Below are positions 1 to 10,389 of a stretch of 64,000 nt of DNA, one piece after another. The notes under the pieces are model-generated. The model was not told the DNA's origin. It did no database searches and saw only the letters and a program-made list of their open reading frames with translations. The DNA is taken from assembly GCA_965218585.1 (NCBI GenBank), contig CBDCLE010000026.1:160001-224000 (forward strand), given 5' to 3'. Source of the stretch: Terriglobia bacterium. Lineage in GTDB: Bacteria; Acidobacteriota; Terriglobia; 20CM-2-55-15. Both the position numbers and the translations under genes were made by a program. How positions within the stretch are numbered: position 1 is the first letter of the stretch; the number at the start of each line of letters is the position of its first letter.

Positions 1-12
1 TAAGGCTACGGC

Positions 13-2583
13 ATGGGTAAGTTGCGAGTCTACCAGCTGGCGCGCGAACTCAATCGCGACAATAGCGAAGTCATCCGGGAGCTACAGCACCTGGGCGCGC
101 CGGTCACTTCACATTCGAATACGGTCGAAGACCGTATGGCGGAACAACTGAAGCAAACGCTCGGCGTTCTCGTCATCGAAAAACCCAAGAGGAAGACCAA
201 GGCGAAAGCCAAAGCCGGCAAGGCAGCGACGACCGAGGCGGAACCGACTGAAAAGAAGCCGGAAAAGGTAGGACCCGAACCTAAACTCGTCAAGACCAAG
301 CCGAAGCCGGTCGCACCCCCAGTCGAACCGACTGTCGAACCCCCTGTCCAATCCATAGAAGCGCCCGCTGCAAGCGCAAAACCCCCTGAACCAGTGGTAG
401 CCCCGGCAGAACCCAAGGCAGCTCCGCGCGCTCGGGCCGTCGCCGCGACCCCTCCCCCAGCGACGACTCCAGTTCAGAAGCAAAAGCCAGCGGAGAAGGG
501 AGGAAAACCCAAGGCGCCCGCCGCCAGCAAGCCGGCGGCTACGAAGCGTCCGGTCGAGGAACGCAAGACAATGCAGCAGTTGGCGCAGGAACGACTGCGG
601 CAACAGAACCGGCCGGTTCCCGAGCCTGGGCGTAGGCCTACACCAACTCGGGGCGGCAGATCCGTGCCCGTTCGTCCCGGACAGGGACGTACAGTTCCTC
701 CCAGGCGCAGTCCTGGACCACCCCCGCGAAATCTCCGGCGCGACCGTCCGAGGCCGACTCGTGCGCAACGTGTGGATCGACGGCCGGCCCCGAGGCCACA
801 ACCGAAACCGGAACCGGTCCGCGAGTTCCGGCGGGTCACGTTGACCGAAAATCTGACGGTCAAGGAACTGGCGGAACAGTTGGATGCACGATCCAAAGAC
901 GTCATCAAGAAACTGATGGACCGCGGCATGTTCGCAACGATCAATCAGACGCTGGACAAGGAACTGGCTCAACAGCTCTGCAAAGATTTCAACGCAGAAG
1001 CCGATTTCGTAACGTTCGAAGAAAGCGTCATGCTCGACGCCGTCGAGGTGAGTGAATCGGACAAGATGGTGGTGCGGCCACCTGTGGTCACCATCATGGG
1101 ACACGTCGATCACGGCAAGACTTCCCTTCTGGACGCGATCCGAACGACCCGTGTGACCGAGTCCGAACACGGCGGGATTACCCAGCATATCGGGGCATAT
1201 CAGGTTCAGACCGGCGAGAAGAAGATCACTTTCCTCGACACGCCGGGTCACGAAGCCTTCACGCTCATGCGTGCACGCGGAGCATCCGTCACCGACGTCG
1301 TGATTCTGGTCGTCGCCGCGGACGATGGCGTGATGCCACAGACTTTGGAGTCGATATCCCATTCGAAGGCGGCCAAAGTTCCGTTGCTGGTTGCGATCAA
1401 CAAGATCGACGTTCCGAACGCCAACGTGGAAAAGGTCAAGCGCGAGCTTGCTGAAAAGGAACTTCTGGCTGAGGACTGGGGTGGCGACACCGTCATGGTG
1501 GAGGTGTCAGCAAAGCAAAAGACCAATCTGGATCTTCTGCTGGAAATGGTCCTGCTTGTTGCCGACATGCGTCAACTCAAAGGCGATCCGGATTTCCCTG
1601 CGATGGGAACGGTCCTCGAAGCCAAGCTGGACAAAGGACGTGGAAACGTTGCGACCATGCTGGTGCAAAACGGCACACTGAAGATTGGAGACAACTTTAT
1701 CGTGGGCGCAGTGTACGGCAAAGTACGTGCCATGTATGACGAAAACGGAGCACAGGTAGATGCTGCCGGCCCGTCTGTGCCTGTCGAGGTTCTTGGCCTT
1801 CAGGGACTTCCGATGGCCGGGGACTCCTTTCAAGTGATCGAGGACGACACGAAGGCACGCCAGATATCGCAGTTCCGTCAAGAGCGATTACGCGAAACGG
1901 AGCTGGCAAAGAAGTCCCGGCTGACTTTGGATCAGTTGCACCTCCGCATGGAAAAGGGAGAGGTCAAGGAAGTCCCGATCGTACTGAAGGGCGATGTTCA
2001 GGGATCGACCGAAGTCCTGACCCAAATGCTGAACAAGCTCGAAACCGAAAAGGTGAAGGTCCGGATCATCCACGCCGCTGTCGGAGCTATCACGGAGTAC
2101 GACGTGCTGCTGGCCGCAACTTCGGACGCAATTATCGTCGGCTTCAATGTACGCCCCGAAAAGAAGGCCGCCGAGATCGCAGACCGGGAACATGTGGACA
2201 TACGTCTGCACACTGTCATCTACAACGTAGTGGACGAGATGAAGCAGGCGATGGCGGGTGTTCTGGACCCGATTACAAAAGAAACGTACATGGGGACAGC
2301 GGAGGTTCGCGATACGTTCCGCGTTCCGAAGGTGGGAACGATCGCCGGTTGCTACATTACAGATGGCCGGATATCACGTAACGCGCAGGTCCGTCTGCTA
2401 AGGGACAACGTCGTCATTTACGAAGGCAAGATCGGATCGCTTAAACGATTCAAAGAGGACGCCTCAGAGGTCCGTTCCGGCTTCGAGTGCGGCATTGGGT
2501 TGGCCGGGTATAACGATGTCAAGGTCGGAGACGTCATCGAAGCCTTCGTCACGGAGCAAGTCGCCGCCGAGATAGGCGTTTAA
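13..2583 (+). CDS. infB: Translation initiation factor IF-2
   Basis: GHVDHGKT, DTPGHEAF and NKID GTPase motifs; IF2 N-terminus and Pro/Ala/Lys-rich linker; followed by rbfA. Confidence 0.99.
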   Translation: MGKLRVYQLARELNRDNSEVIRELQHLGAPVTSHSNTVEDRMAEQLKQTLGVLVIEKPKRKTKAKAKAGKAATTEAEPTEKKPEKVGPEPKLVKTKPKPVAPPVEPTVEPPVQSIEAPAASAKPPEPVVAPAEPKAAPRARAVAATPPPATTPVQKQKPAEKGGKPKAPAASKPAATKRPVEERKTMQQLAQERLRQQNRPVPEPGRRPTPTRGGRSVPVRPGQGRTVPPRRSPGPPPRNLRRDRPRPTRAQRVDRRPAPRPQPKPEPVREFRRVTLTENLTVKELAEQLDARSKDVIKKLMDRGMFATINQTLDKELAQQLCKDFNAEADFVTFEESVMLDAVEVSESDKMVVRPPVVTIMGHVDHGKTSLLDAIRTTRVTESEHGGITQHIGAYQVQTGEKKITFLDTPGHEAFTLMRARGASVTDVVILVVAADDGVMPQTLESISHSKAAKVPLLVAINKIDVPNANVEKVKRELAEKELLAEDWGGDTVMVEVSAKQKTNLDLLLEMVLLVADMRQLKGDPDFPAMGTVLEAKLDKGRGNVATMLVQNGTLKIGDNFIVGAVYGKVRAMYDENGAQVDAAGPSVPVEVLGLQGLPMAGDSFQVIEDDTKARQISQFRQERLRETELAKKSRLTLDQLHLRMEKGEVKEVPIVLKGDVQGSTEVLTQMLNKLETEKVKVRIIHAAVGAITEYDVLLAATSDAIIVGFNVRPEKKAAEIADREHVDIRLHTVIYNVVDEMKQAMAGVLDPITKETYMGTAEVRDTFRVPKVGTIAGCYITDGRISRNAQVRLLRDNVVIYEGKIGSLKRFKEDASEVRSGFECGIGLAGYNDVKVGDVIEAFVTEQVAAEIGV

Positions 2584-2651
2584 CGACTGTTGCCCCGCTG
2601 GCGACGGGTGACAAGCCGGGGTTTTTCGAGCGCGACTCGTCACTTCTTCTC

Positions 2652-2933
2652 ATGCACATCGGGCTGCTCCAACTCGACGTCCATATCCCCTACGCACATT
2701 CTCTGAAAGAGAAACGAATGGCCTTGCGGAGCTTGAAGGACCGGTTACGGAAGAAGTTCAACGTTTCTGTTTCTGAGTTGGACCATCAGGACCTCTGGCA
2801 GAGGTCCAGGGTGGGGATCGTGAGCATCGGACCGGACGCCGGTTACCTTGAGCAACAGTTGAACCTTGCTCTCGACGAGGTTGAACGGATATTGCCCGAC
2901 TGTACCGTAAACGGGAATATCGAGCTTCTGTAA
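2652..2933 (+). CDS. DUF503 (YlxP-like) protein
   Basis: SLKEKR...KFNVSVSELDHQDLWQR signature; usual position between infB and rbfA. Confidence 0.9.
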   Translation: MHIGLLQLDVHIPYAHSLKEKRMALRSLKDRLRKKFNVSVSELDHQDLWQRSRVGIVSIGPDAGYLEQQLNLALDEVERILPDCTVNGNIELL

Positions 2934-3289
2934 TGGCTGAAAAAAAGAGATTGGACCGCCTGGCCCAGCAACTTCGAGCCGAACTCGGAACGCTGATCGA
3001 GGGCGAAATCGACGACCCACGTATGGCTATGGTGGCCGTGACGCACGTCCGGGTCTCCAGTGACATGAGATACGCCCGCATTTACATCAGTACCCTGGCG
3101 GGTGAGGGCAAACGCGAGACCGCGCTAAAAGGCCTTAATTCAGCGAAGAGCTTCCTTCGAAAACAGCTCAGCCACCGATTGCCACACCTGAAGAGGACGC
3201 CGGAGTTGACCTTCGACTACGATGAATCGTTCGAAAACGAAACAAGAATCGAAGAACTTCTGGCCCAGCTTCATTCTGAGGAACAATGA
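2933..3289 (+). CDS. rbfA: Ribosome-binding factor A
   Basis: DPR, VTHVRVSSDMRYARIY and RTPELTF motifs; synteny. Confidence 0.96.
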   Translation: MAEKKRLDRLAQQLRAELGTLIEGEIDDPRMAMVAVTHVRVSSDMRYARIYISTLAGEGKRETALKGLNSAKSFLRKQLSHRLPHLKRTPELTFDYDESFENETRIEELLAQLHSEEQ

Positions 3290-4275
3290 TTCAGAAAGTC
3301 GTTGAAACCATCCAGTCGCACACGGACTTTCTTGTCGTCAGTCACGTGCGTCCGGACGGCGATTCCCTGGGTTCCCAACTCGCTCTCTCCTTGATCCTGG
3401 AAGCGCTCGGAAAGAAGGTCGAAATCCTGAGTCGGGATCCGGTACCCTCCCGCTACGTTTCCCTGCCCGGCGCCGACCGGGTTCGAGTAGCGAATCAGGC
3501 GGAACAGCCCCACGAAGTAACGTTCGTTCTCGAGTGCGGCAATATCAACCGCCCGGGAATCTCGGGATTGGAGCCGGGCTTCATCGTTAACATCGACCAT
3601 CACCATTCCACAAAACCATTCGGAAGCGTAAGTTGGATTGACCCCTCCGCTTGCGCTGTTGGCCAGATGATCTATCGCCTCATGAAAGCTCTGGGTGTGG
3701 GTATGACGCAACAGATCGCAACGAACATATACGTAGCCGTGCTGACAGATACAGGGTCGTTCCAGTTTTCATCGACAACCGGCGACACGTTCCGATTGGC
3801 CGCTGAGCTGGCGGACCATGGCGTAGAAGTTTCCGACATCGCCATGAAAGTCTTCCACTCGAATCCAATCCAGAAAGTGCAGTCCATGGGGAAAATTCTG
3901 AACGCAATGGAGTTTGATTCCAGCGGAAGAATCGTCTCGACCGTTTTGTGGCAGGACGACTGGAAAATAGCAGACGGCGAGGACGACGTCGAAGGATTGG
4001 TCAACTATCCGCTGACGATTGACGGCGTCGATGTCTCGGTGTTTCTCCGCGAATTGGTGGACGGATCGTTTCGTGTCAGCATGCGGTCGAAGAGCGAAGT
4101 CGACGTATCCAGAGTTGCCTCCGAGTATGGTGGGGGCGGACACCGCAAAGCTGCAGGGTGTCAAATGGTGGGTTCACTGGACACTGTCCGGCAACAGGTC
4201 GTCTCCTCGATCCAGAACGAAATGGACTCGGACGCTACGTCTTCGGATCTTAGCTCCGACCTAAAAAGTAGTTGA
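3286..4275 (+). CDS. nrnA: DHH/DHHA1 phosphoesterase (NrnA-like)
   Basis: HVRPDGD, IDHH, TDTG and GGGH motifs. Confidence 0.9.
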   Translation: MIQKVVETIQSHTDFLVVSHVRPDGDSLGSQLALSLILEALGKKVEILSRDPVPSRYVSLPGADRVRVANQAEQPHEVTFVLECGNINRPGISGLEPGFIVNIDHHHSTKPFGSVSWIDPSACAVGQMIYRLMKALGVGMTQQIATNIYVAVLTDTGSFQFSSTTGDTFRLAAELADHGVEVSDIAMKVFHSNPIQKVQSMGKILNAMEFDSSGRIVSTVLWQDDWKIADGEDDVEGLVNYPLTIDGVDVSVFLRELVDGSFRVSMRSKSEVDVSRVASEYGGGGHRKAAGCQMVGSLDTVRQQVVSSIQNEMDSDATSSDLSSDLKSS

Positions 4276-5114
4276 ACGGTGTACTCGTCATTGATAAGCC
4301 GGGAGGGTTGACCTCCCACGACGTCGTAAGCCGCATTCGGAAGCGGCTGGACACCCGCCGGGTCGGACATCTGGGAACGCTGGATCCGGCAGCCACCGGA
4401 GTGCTTCCCCTGACTCTGGGCAAGGCGACCCGCCTGGCTCGGTTCATCCCCTCTTCGCCCAAGGAATACACCGGCGAGATCCGTCTGGGCTGGTCAACAA
4501 CCACCTGCGACCTCGAGGGTGAACGACTGGGAGAATCCAGTCCCGTCAATGTCAGCAGGGAGACTCTCGAAAAAGCAATGTCATCCCTCACAGGCAGGAT
4601 CGCGCAGGTTCCTCCTGCTTATTCCGCAAAAAGAATCGACGGTGTCAAAGCTTACAAACTAGCACGCAGGGGCGTCCCCCTCGAACTGGAACCTGTAACG
4701 GTAGAGATTCAGTCGTTCGATCTCGTCAGTTTCGAAGCACCGCTGATCGATTTCCGGGTCGTCTGCTCAGCCGGCACCTATATCAGAAGCCTGGCCCGGG
4801 ATCTTGGTGAAAGTCTGGGAACAGGTGGCCACCTCTTCTCTCTTCGGCGGACGCGCGCGGGAGAGTTCGGCCTCGAGCAGGCAATTTCGCCCGAGGACGC
4901 CTCGTGGGACAAGGTCATTCCTCCCGAGCAACTGATGGACGCGCTAGCCCGGATTGAAATCGAACCGGAGCAGGAAAATCAACTCCGGCACGGACAGGCG
5001 GTCCCGACCGAGCAGGAGACGTCACCTCTCCGCATCTTCAACAAAAAAGGCCAACTTATGGCTATTGCCACGGTTGAAAGGGGTTGGGCGCACCCCCGAG
5101 TTGTGTTACTCTAA
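4272..5114 (+). CDS. truB: tRNA pseudouridine(55) synthase
   Basis: DKPGGLTSHDVV, GHLGTLDP and GTYIRSLARDLG motifs; TTG start overlapping the upstream stop. Confidence 0.97.
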   Translation: MNGVLVIDKPGGLTSHDVVSRIRKRLDTRRVGHLGTLDPAATGVLPLTLGKATRLARFIPSSPKEYTGEIRLGWSTTTCDLEGERLGESSPVNVSRETLEKAMSSLTGRIAQVPPAYSAKRIDGVKAYKLARRGVPLELEPVTVEIQSFDLVSFEAPLIDFRVVCSAGTYIRSLARDLGESLGTGGHLFSLRRTRAGEFGLEQAISPEDASWDKVIPPEQLMDALARIEIEPEQENQLRHGQAVPTEQETSPLRIFNKKGQLMAIATVERGWAHPRVVLL

Positions 5115-5148
5115 ATCTCTAAATTTTGAGGGAGAATATAAGTAGAGA

Positions 5149-5424
5149 ATGGCTCTGACAACGGAATCCAAAGGCTCGATCATCGACCAATATCGGATCC
5201 ATCCTTCGGATACGGGGTCGCCGGAAGTTCAAATCGCGATACTCAGTGAAAGAATTTCTTACCTGACTGAGCATTTCAAGACGCACAAGAAGGATCATGC
5301 CTCACGTCGCGGGCTGCTGAAACTTGTTGGCCACCGGCGTCGCTTGCTCGAATACCTCAAACGACACGAATTGGGTCGTTATAAAGAGGTTGTTCAGAAG
5401 CTTGGGATACGCGTGCGCAAGTAG
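5149..5424 (+). CDS. rpsO: 30S ribosomal protein S15
   Basis: [10 protein letters not shown] and [11 protein letters not shown] motifs. Confidence 0.99.
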   Translation: MALTTESKGSIIDQYRIHPSDTGSPEVQIAILSERISYLTEHFKTHKKDHASRRGLLKLVGHRRRLLEYLKRHELGRYKEVVQKLGIRVRK

Positions 5425-5591
5425 CCGGGCCAGATCCTGTCCAAGAACTCCGATCGATCAGTCCAACCCAATGGAAATTGACGCCCCAAAACGTTTTTGG
5501 GAGTAAAGTCAGCGGTCCTCAGAAAGGAACCGTCCGCCGTGGTTCGCCGCATCCTTCAGTCAGCGCCGAATAAAGGATAGATGAAACAACT

Positions 5592-7769
5592 ATGAACGTA
5601 CACAAAGTAAGTCGAATGATAGGCAACCTGGAGTTGTCTATAGAAACAGGAAAGCTGGCCACTCAGGCCGATGGTGCGGCCTACATCCGTTATGGAGACA
5701 CGCACGTACTGGTCACCGCGTGCGGAGCCAAAGAAGCCAGTGTCAATGCACACTTCTTTCCGCTCACCTGCGACCACAGAGAAAACTTCTATGCAGCCGG
5801 AAAGATTCCCGGAGGCTTTTTCAAACGCGAAGGCAGACCTTCAGAACGCGAGGTGCTCAGCAGTCGCATGATCGACAGGCCGATCCGGCCGCTGTTTCCC
5901 GAAGGCTATCGAAACGAAACACAGGTCATTGCGAATGTGCTATCGGCTGACACCGTTAACGACCCGTCACCATTGAGTATCGTGGGCGCATCGACGGCGC
6001 TGTACCTTTCGGTGCTGCCATTTACGGAGCCAATCGCCGCCGTCCGCGTCGGGTTGATCGAAGGCACATTTGTGGTGAACCCAACCTACGCCGAACTGGA
6101 AGAAAGCACTTTAAACTTGATCGTTGCCGGCACTGAGGATGGAGTGACGATGGTCGAGGCCGGAGCGGACGAAATTTCTGAAGAAGTGATGATCGAAGCG
6201 ATATCGGTTGGACACGATGTGGTCAAACAGATCGTCGAAATGGAAAAGGAACTCTACGACAAGATCCGGCCTGAGAAGTTCGAGTTCCAGTTGCCAGAGA
6301 TGGATACAGACATTCGAAGCAAAGTCGAAAATCTGATCCGTGAAGAACTCGAAGACGCACTCAACACTCAGAAGTACGACAAGCTCACCAGCTACGCGAA
6401 GGTGGACAATGCCAAGGCCAAAGTCGCAGAAAGCTTCGGCGAGGAGGCTGAAGAAGAAACCCTGAAAGACGCAAAACGGGCCTTCAGTGAACTCAAAGAG
6501 AAAATTTTCAGGGACCAGATTCTCCACGAAGACACACGGCCTGATCGCCGGGCAACCGACGAGATCCGTCCTATCTGGATTGAAGGAGGCGTTCTGCCGC
6601 GCACCCACGGTTCCGCGATTTTCACCCGCGGAGAAACCCAGGCACTGGTGACTACAACGCTGGGAACCTCGGACGATGCTCAGAGAATGGACAAGTTGGA
6701 GGGTGAATCGTTCAAGCGGTTCCTGATGCATTACAATTTCCCGCCGTTTTCAGTCGGCGAGGTTCGGCGATTGATGGGAACGAGTCGTCGCGAAACCGGA
6801 CATGGCAACCTGGCCGAACGAGCCATCTTGCCGATGGTCCCGAAAGAAGACGATTTTCCTTACACCATCCGCGTTGTATCCGACATTCTCGAATCCAACG
6901 GGTCTTCGTCCATGGCAACGGTTTGCGGTGCCAGCCTGTCGCTGATGGAGGCCGGTGTGCCCATCAAGCGGCCCGTCGCAGGAGTCGCGATGGGACTGGT
7001 GTCTGAAAACGACAAATATGCGGTTCTCAGCGACATCGCGGGCGCCGAAGATCACTACGGCGACATGGATTTCAAGGTCGCGGGAACGCGCGACGGCATC
7101 ACGGCCCTCCAGATGGACATCAAGATCACCAACGTAACATTCGAGATCATGTCCAAGGCAATGGAACAGGCTAATCGAGGCCGGATGCACATCCTGGACA
7201 AGATGGACGAGGCGATTTCCGCTCACAAGGCAGACATCTCTCAGTACGCACCACGGATCCACACGATCAAGATACCTGTCGATAAGATCCGGGACGTGAT
7301 TGGACCGGGCGGCAAAATGATCCGCTCGATCGTAGAGCGAACCGGTGTCAAGATCGATGTCAACGATGACGGGACAGTCAACGTGGCGTCCTCAGACGGT
7401 CCGTCGGCGGAACAAGCCATCGGAATCATCGAAGATCTGACGGCTGTCCCCGAGGTCGGGAAGACTTACCTCGGCAAAGTGGTGAGGATCGTGGACTTCG
7501 GGGCTTTCGTGGAGATTTTCCAGGGCACGGACGGACTCCTGCACATCTCGGAAATCGCCGAGCACCGCATCCGTGAAGTGCGTGACGAACTCAAGGAAGG
7601 CGACCAGCTGCAGGTGAAGGTCATTGCCATGGAAGGCAACAAGGTCAAGCTTTCACGCAGGGCGGTTATTCGGGACCAGAAGCAAAAGGCCGGATCCGGA
7701 GCGGGCGCGAGTGGCGGCGGTAACGATGAGGGTGGCGGCGGGGGCGAAAGACCCCGGCGCAGACGATAG
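5592..7769 (+). CDS. pnp: Polyribonucleotide nucleotidyltransferase
   Basis: RMIDRPIRPLF, ESNGSSSMA and GDMDFKVAG motifs; KH and S1 domains. Confidence 0.99.
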   Translation: MNVHKVSRMIGNLELSIETGKLATQADGAAYIRYGDTHVLVTACGAKEASVNAHFFPLTCDHRENFYAAGKIPGGFFKREGRPSEREVLSSRMIDRPIRPLFPEGYRNETQVIANVLSADTVNDPSPLSIVGASTALYLSVLPFTEPIAAVRVGLIEGTFVVNPTYAELEESTLNLIVAGTEDGVTMVEAGADEISEEVMIEAISVGHDVVKQIVEMEKELYDKIRPEKFEFQLPEMDTDIRSKVENLIREELEDALNTQKYDKLTSYAKVDNAKAKVAESFGEEAEEETLKDAKRAFSELKEKIFRDQILHEDTRPDRRATDEIRPIWIEGGVLPRTHGSAIFTRGETQALVTTTLGTSDDAQRMDKLEGESFKRFLMHYNFPPFSVGEVRRLMGTSRRETGHGNLAERAILPMVPKEDDFPYTIRVVSDILESNGSSSMATVCGASLSLMEAGVPIKRPVAGVAMGLVSENDKYAVLSDIAGAEDHYGDMDFKVAGTRDGITALQMDIKITNVTFEIMSKAMEQANRGRMHILDKMDEAISAHKADISQYAPRIHTIKIPVDKIRDVIGPGGKMIRSIVERTGVKIDVNDDGTVNVASSDGPSAEQAIGIIEDLTAVPEVGKTYLGKVVRIVDFGAFVEIFQGTDGLLHISEIAEHRIREVRDELKEGDQLQVKVIAMEGNKVKLSRRAVIRDQKQKAGSGAGASGGGNDEGGGGGERPRRRR

Positions 7770-7800
7770 CTGATAGCTATCGCCCGTCAGCTGTTGGCAC

Positions 7801-7836
7801 AAAAGGTGTGGATTCGCGAAATCCACGCCTTTTTTT
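7801..7836. terminator. Bidirectional intrinsic terminator after pnp
   Basis: AAAAGGTGTGGATT...AATCCACGCCTTTTTTT hairpin between convergent genes. Confidence 0.8.
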
Positions 7837-8125
7837 AGTCGAGGTCGATGTCCCGAATCGGCATCTCCAGCTCGTCCGCCCTCTCCATAGCCTCTTTGAA
7901 CTTCAAGTCGATCAAGTCCTTGCGGCCTTTCTCTTTTTCGAACGCCTGATCGAACCTGTCTGAAGCCGTCTCCTGCTGTCTCTTCACGTCCTTGACGGCA
8001 TCCTCGAAGGAAATCGACTTCTTCTCTGGCTGTATCGTAAAGAGCACCTCGCCCGAACCCGCGTCTACCGTCAGCAGGGCCTCACAACAGGTACATCGGA
8101 CTTCCAGTTTGTCTTTGCTTGCCAT
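7835..8125 (-). CDS. Small hypothetical protein with N-terminal CxCC zinc-knuckle-like motif
   Basis: EVRCTCCEALLTVD followed by a charged helical C-terminus. Confidence 0.75.
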   Translation of the reverse strand: MASKDKLEVRCTCCEALLTVDAGSGEVLFTIQPEKKSISFEDAVKDVKRQQETASDRFDQAFEKEKGRKDLIDLKFKEAMERADELEMPIRDIDLD

Positions 8126-8176
8126 GATGTCAGTATAACCCTTCCTCGAACCGGCACCGCCCTCCGGATGCGTCGG

Positions 8177-8236
8177 CGTTCATTCAGCCATCCATGGCTG
8201 AATGACTCCGCACCCCGTCATCTTCCTTGATGACGG
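8177..8236. repeat. REP/MITE-like palindromic repeat, copy 1
   Basis: 60 bp containing hairpin CATTCAGCCAT-CC-ATGGCTGAATG; 57/60 identical to 10270-10329. Confidence 0.85.
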
Positions 8237-8364
8237 GTCCTTAAGCTTGCGAAAACGTTACCGCCATATCCCGAAAGGACTCGCGATCAGGAGATCGCGA
8301 GGGCGAAAGTCGTTCAGACAGGATGTCTGCTTGAACGACCGAGCGCCCTGTAGCCACGTGCCCC

Positions 8365-10110
8365 TTACTTCCAATACTCCCCCCACCGCCGGTCAACAAG
8401 CTTGACAGTATCGTCATCCATCTCCAACGGCGCCGGATAGCCCTCCTTCCACGTAGCACCGATTCCGACACATCCGCCGTACACAGGGCGTGCACCCACA
8501 AACTCCTGTCTCTCGAATACCATGTCGCGGCCCGGGTCGAAGCGCGTGAAAATACCCCACTGCAGGTTCTCGTCATCTTCCAGATCAACGTCGGGGCTCA
8601 CTGCAACGATGAACGCGATACCCAGCGAGGCCTTGATGAGGGTTTCGAGCACTTCCCTAGCCCCTTCCCGGACGACCACGATCAACCACCCTCCGTCAAG
8701 AAGCTTCCAACCTTCGATCCGGGGATCAAATCGGTCGGGTTCGTCCCTAAGCTGGGGAGAATCCGGCTGCAGCACTGGACCCGTCGCATCGATGACCAGT
8801 TTGCTACCGACGTGCATCTTGAACGATGTGAAGTCCAGGGTGTCGAGCGGTGCGGTGGGGAGCAACAAGACACGATCGTCCAATTTGGATCGGTGCCAGA
8901 CTTCAGTCAGGATCTGACGGAAATCAGACGGGTCTTTATCCGCACCAACTAGAATCATCACTTTGGTGAGAGACAGCTGCCCGGTACCAAGCAGAGACAT
9001 CGCAGTCTTCAGTACTTCACGCGGGTGTCGCTCCTGGACAGCGACCACGAGCAGGTTATGAAAACCAGCACCGACGTACGCATGCATTCCGACAACGTTC
9101 GGGTTGATTAACCTTATCAATGGGCCGATCATCTCTCCCGCCGCCAAGCCGATGAACTTGTCTTCCTGGGGAGGCTTACCCACCACGGTCGCGACATAGA
9201 CAGGATTCTGCCGCCTGGTAACGGTTCGAACATGGAACACCGGAAACTCGGCAGCCTCCGAGTAATGTCCAAAGTGGTCGCCGAATGGGCCTTCCATGCG
9301 CCGTTCGCCGACTGGCACGACACCCTCGAGGACGAACTCGGCATCTGAGGGGACCAGGGCGTGGATCGAAGTCGCCGGGCTCATTGCCATACCGCGACCT
9401 TGCAGGAAACCCGCGAAAGCAACTTCGTCGATGTCCTCGGGAAGCGGCAGTATGGAGGCCATCATGAGGATCGGATTACAGCCGATGACAACGGCGACTT
9501 CGAGGTCTTCGCCGCGCCTTTCAGCTTCCCAGTAGTGCCCGCGGCCCCCCTTCATGCTCTGCCAGTGCATACCGGCCGTGTCATGATCGAAGACCTGCAT
9601 ACGATACAGACCGAGGTTACGGCGCCGTGTTTCAGGGTGCCGCGTGAGAACCATCCCAAAAGTGATGAATCTGCCCGCGTCGTGTGGCCAGCACTGCACG
9701 ACGGGCAACCGATTGAGATCAGGGGTTTCAATCACCTCCTGAGAGGCGGCCTGGCTCCTGGCCCGAGGCTGTCCGAGCAAGCCTTTCAGAAGCGTCTGTC
9801 GTGACTCCCACAGTTTCCCCAGTGACGGAGGGTTGATGCTTTCCATGGCCCGTAGCAGTTCCTGAGCAACAGCTTCGGGCTCCTGCCCCAGCGCTTCCAC
9901 GACTCGGTCCATCGTCCCAAACAGGTTCATCAAGAGGGGAAAATCGGAACCTGCGGGGTTCTCAAACAAAAGGGCGGGACCACCCTCTCTCAAAACGCGC
10001 TGGGCTATTTCTCCTGCTTCGAGGACGGGATCGACCTGGGCTCGAATACGGCGTAGCTTGCCACTCGCTTCAAGGTGCCGTACAAAGTCCTGCAAATTGT
10101 TAAAAGGCAT
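8365..10110 (-). CDS. UbiD-family (menaquinone biosynthesis-type) decarboxylase
   Basis: EGPFGDHFGHY, GKPPQED and NLGLYRMQV motifs. Confidence 0.92.
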   Translation of the reverse strand: MPFNNLQDFVRHLEASGKLRRIRAQVDPVLEAGEIAQRVLREGGPALLFENPAGSDFPLLMNLFGTMDRVVEALGQEPEAVAQELLRAMESINPPSLGKLWESRQTLLKGLLGQPRARSQAASQEVIETPDLNRLPVVQCWPHDAGRFITFGMVLTRHPETRRRNLGLYRMQVFDHDTAGMHWQSMKGGRGHYWEAERRGEDLEVAVVIGCNPILMMASILPLPEDIDEVAFAGFLQGRGMAMSPATSIHALVPSDAEFVLEGVVPVGERRMEGPFGDHFGHYSEAAEFPVFHVRTVTRRQNPVYVATVVGKPPQEDKFIGLAAGEMIGPLIRLINPNVVGMHAYVGAGFHNLLVVAVQERHPREVLKTAMSLLGTGQLSLTKVMILVGADKDPSDFRQILTEVWHRSKLDDRVLLLPTAPLDTLDFTSFKMHVGSKLVIDATGPVLQPDSPQLRDEPDRFDPRIEGWKLLDGGWLIVVVREGAREVLETLIKASLGIAFIVAVSPDVDLEDDENLQWGIFTRFDPGRDMVFERQEFVGARPVYGGCVGIGATWKEGYPAPLEMDDDTVKLVDRRWGEYWK

Positions 10111-10269
10111 GAAGGAAAGACCCCGGACTGAGCATCTTACAACGGGTGGGAGGACGGTGGGGGGACGTAATCCTTAAGGGCTCGGTATCACGATCTGCGT
10201 GGGGAAACCGGCACGCGGGACGGCGGGCCCGACGCTAATTAAGGTAGGCGAGCGCCGCGTCTTGGTCGT

Positions 10270-10329
10270 CGTTCATTCAGCCATCCATGGCTGAATGACT
10301 CCGCACCCCGTCGTCTTCCATGCTGACGG
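10270..10329. repeat. REP/MITE-like palindromic repeat, copy 2
   Basis: Direct repeat of 8177-8236 with 3 mismatches. Confidence 0.85.
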
Positions 10330-10389
10330 AGGAGTCGGTCGCCGAAGACGCGATGCTGGACACAAGACCCTCCAGTCCGGTAACCGTGG

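Noticed and set aside
180-820. Low-complexity Pro/Ala/Lys/Arg-rich stretch
   Set aside because: Normal variable IF-2 N-terminal linker, not a repeat array
10111-10389. Riboswitch upstream of the ubiD-family gene
   Set aside because: No known aptamer consensus recognised; the structure is explained by the repeat also present at 8177
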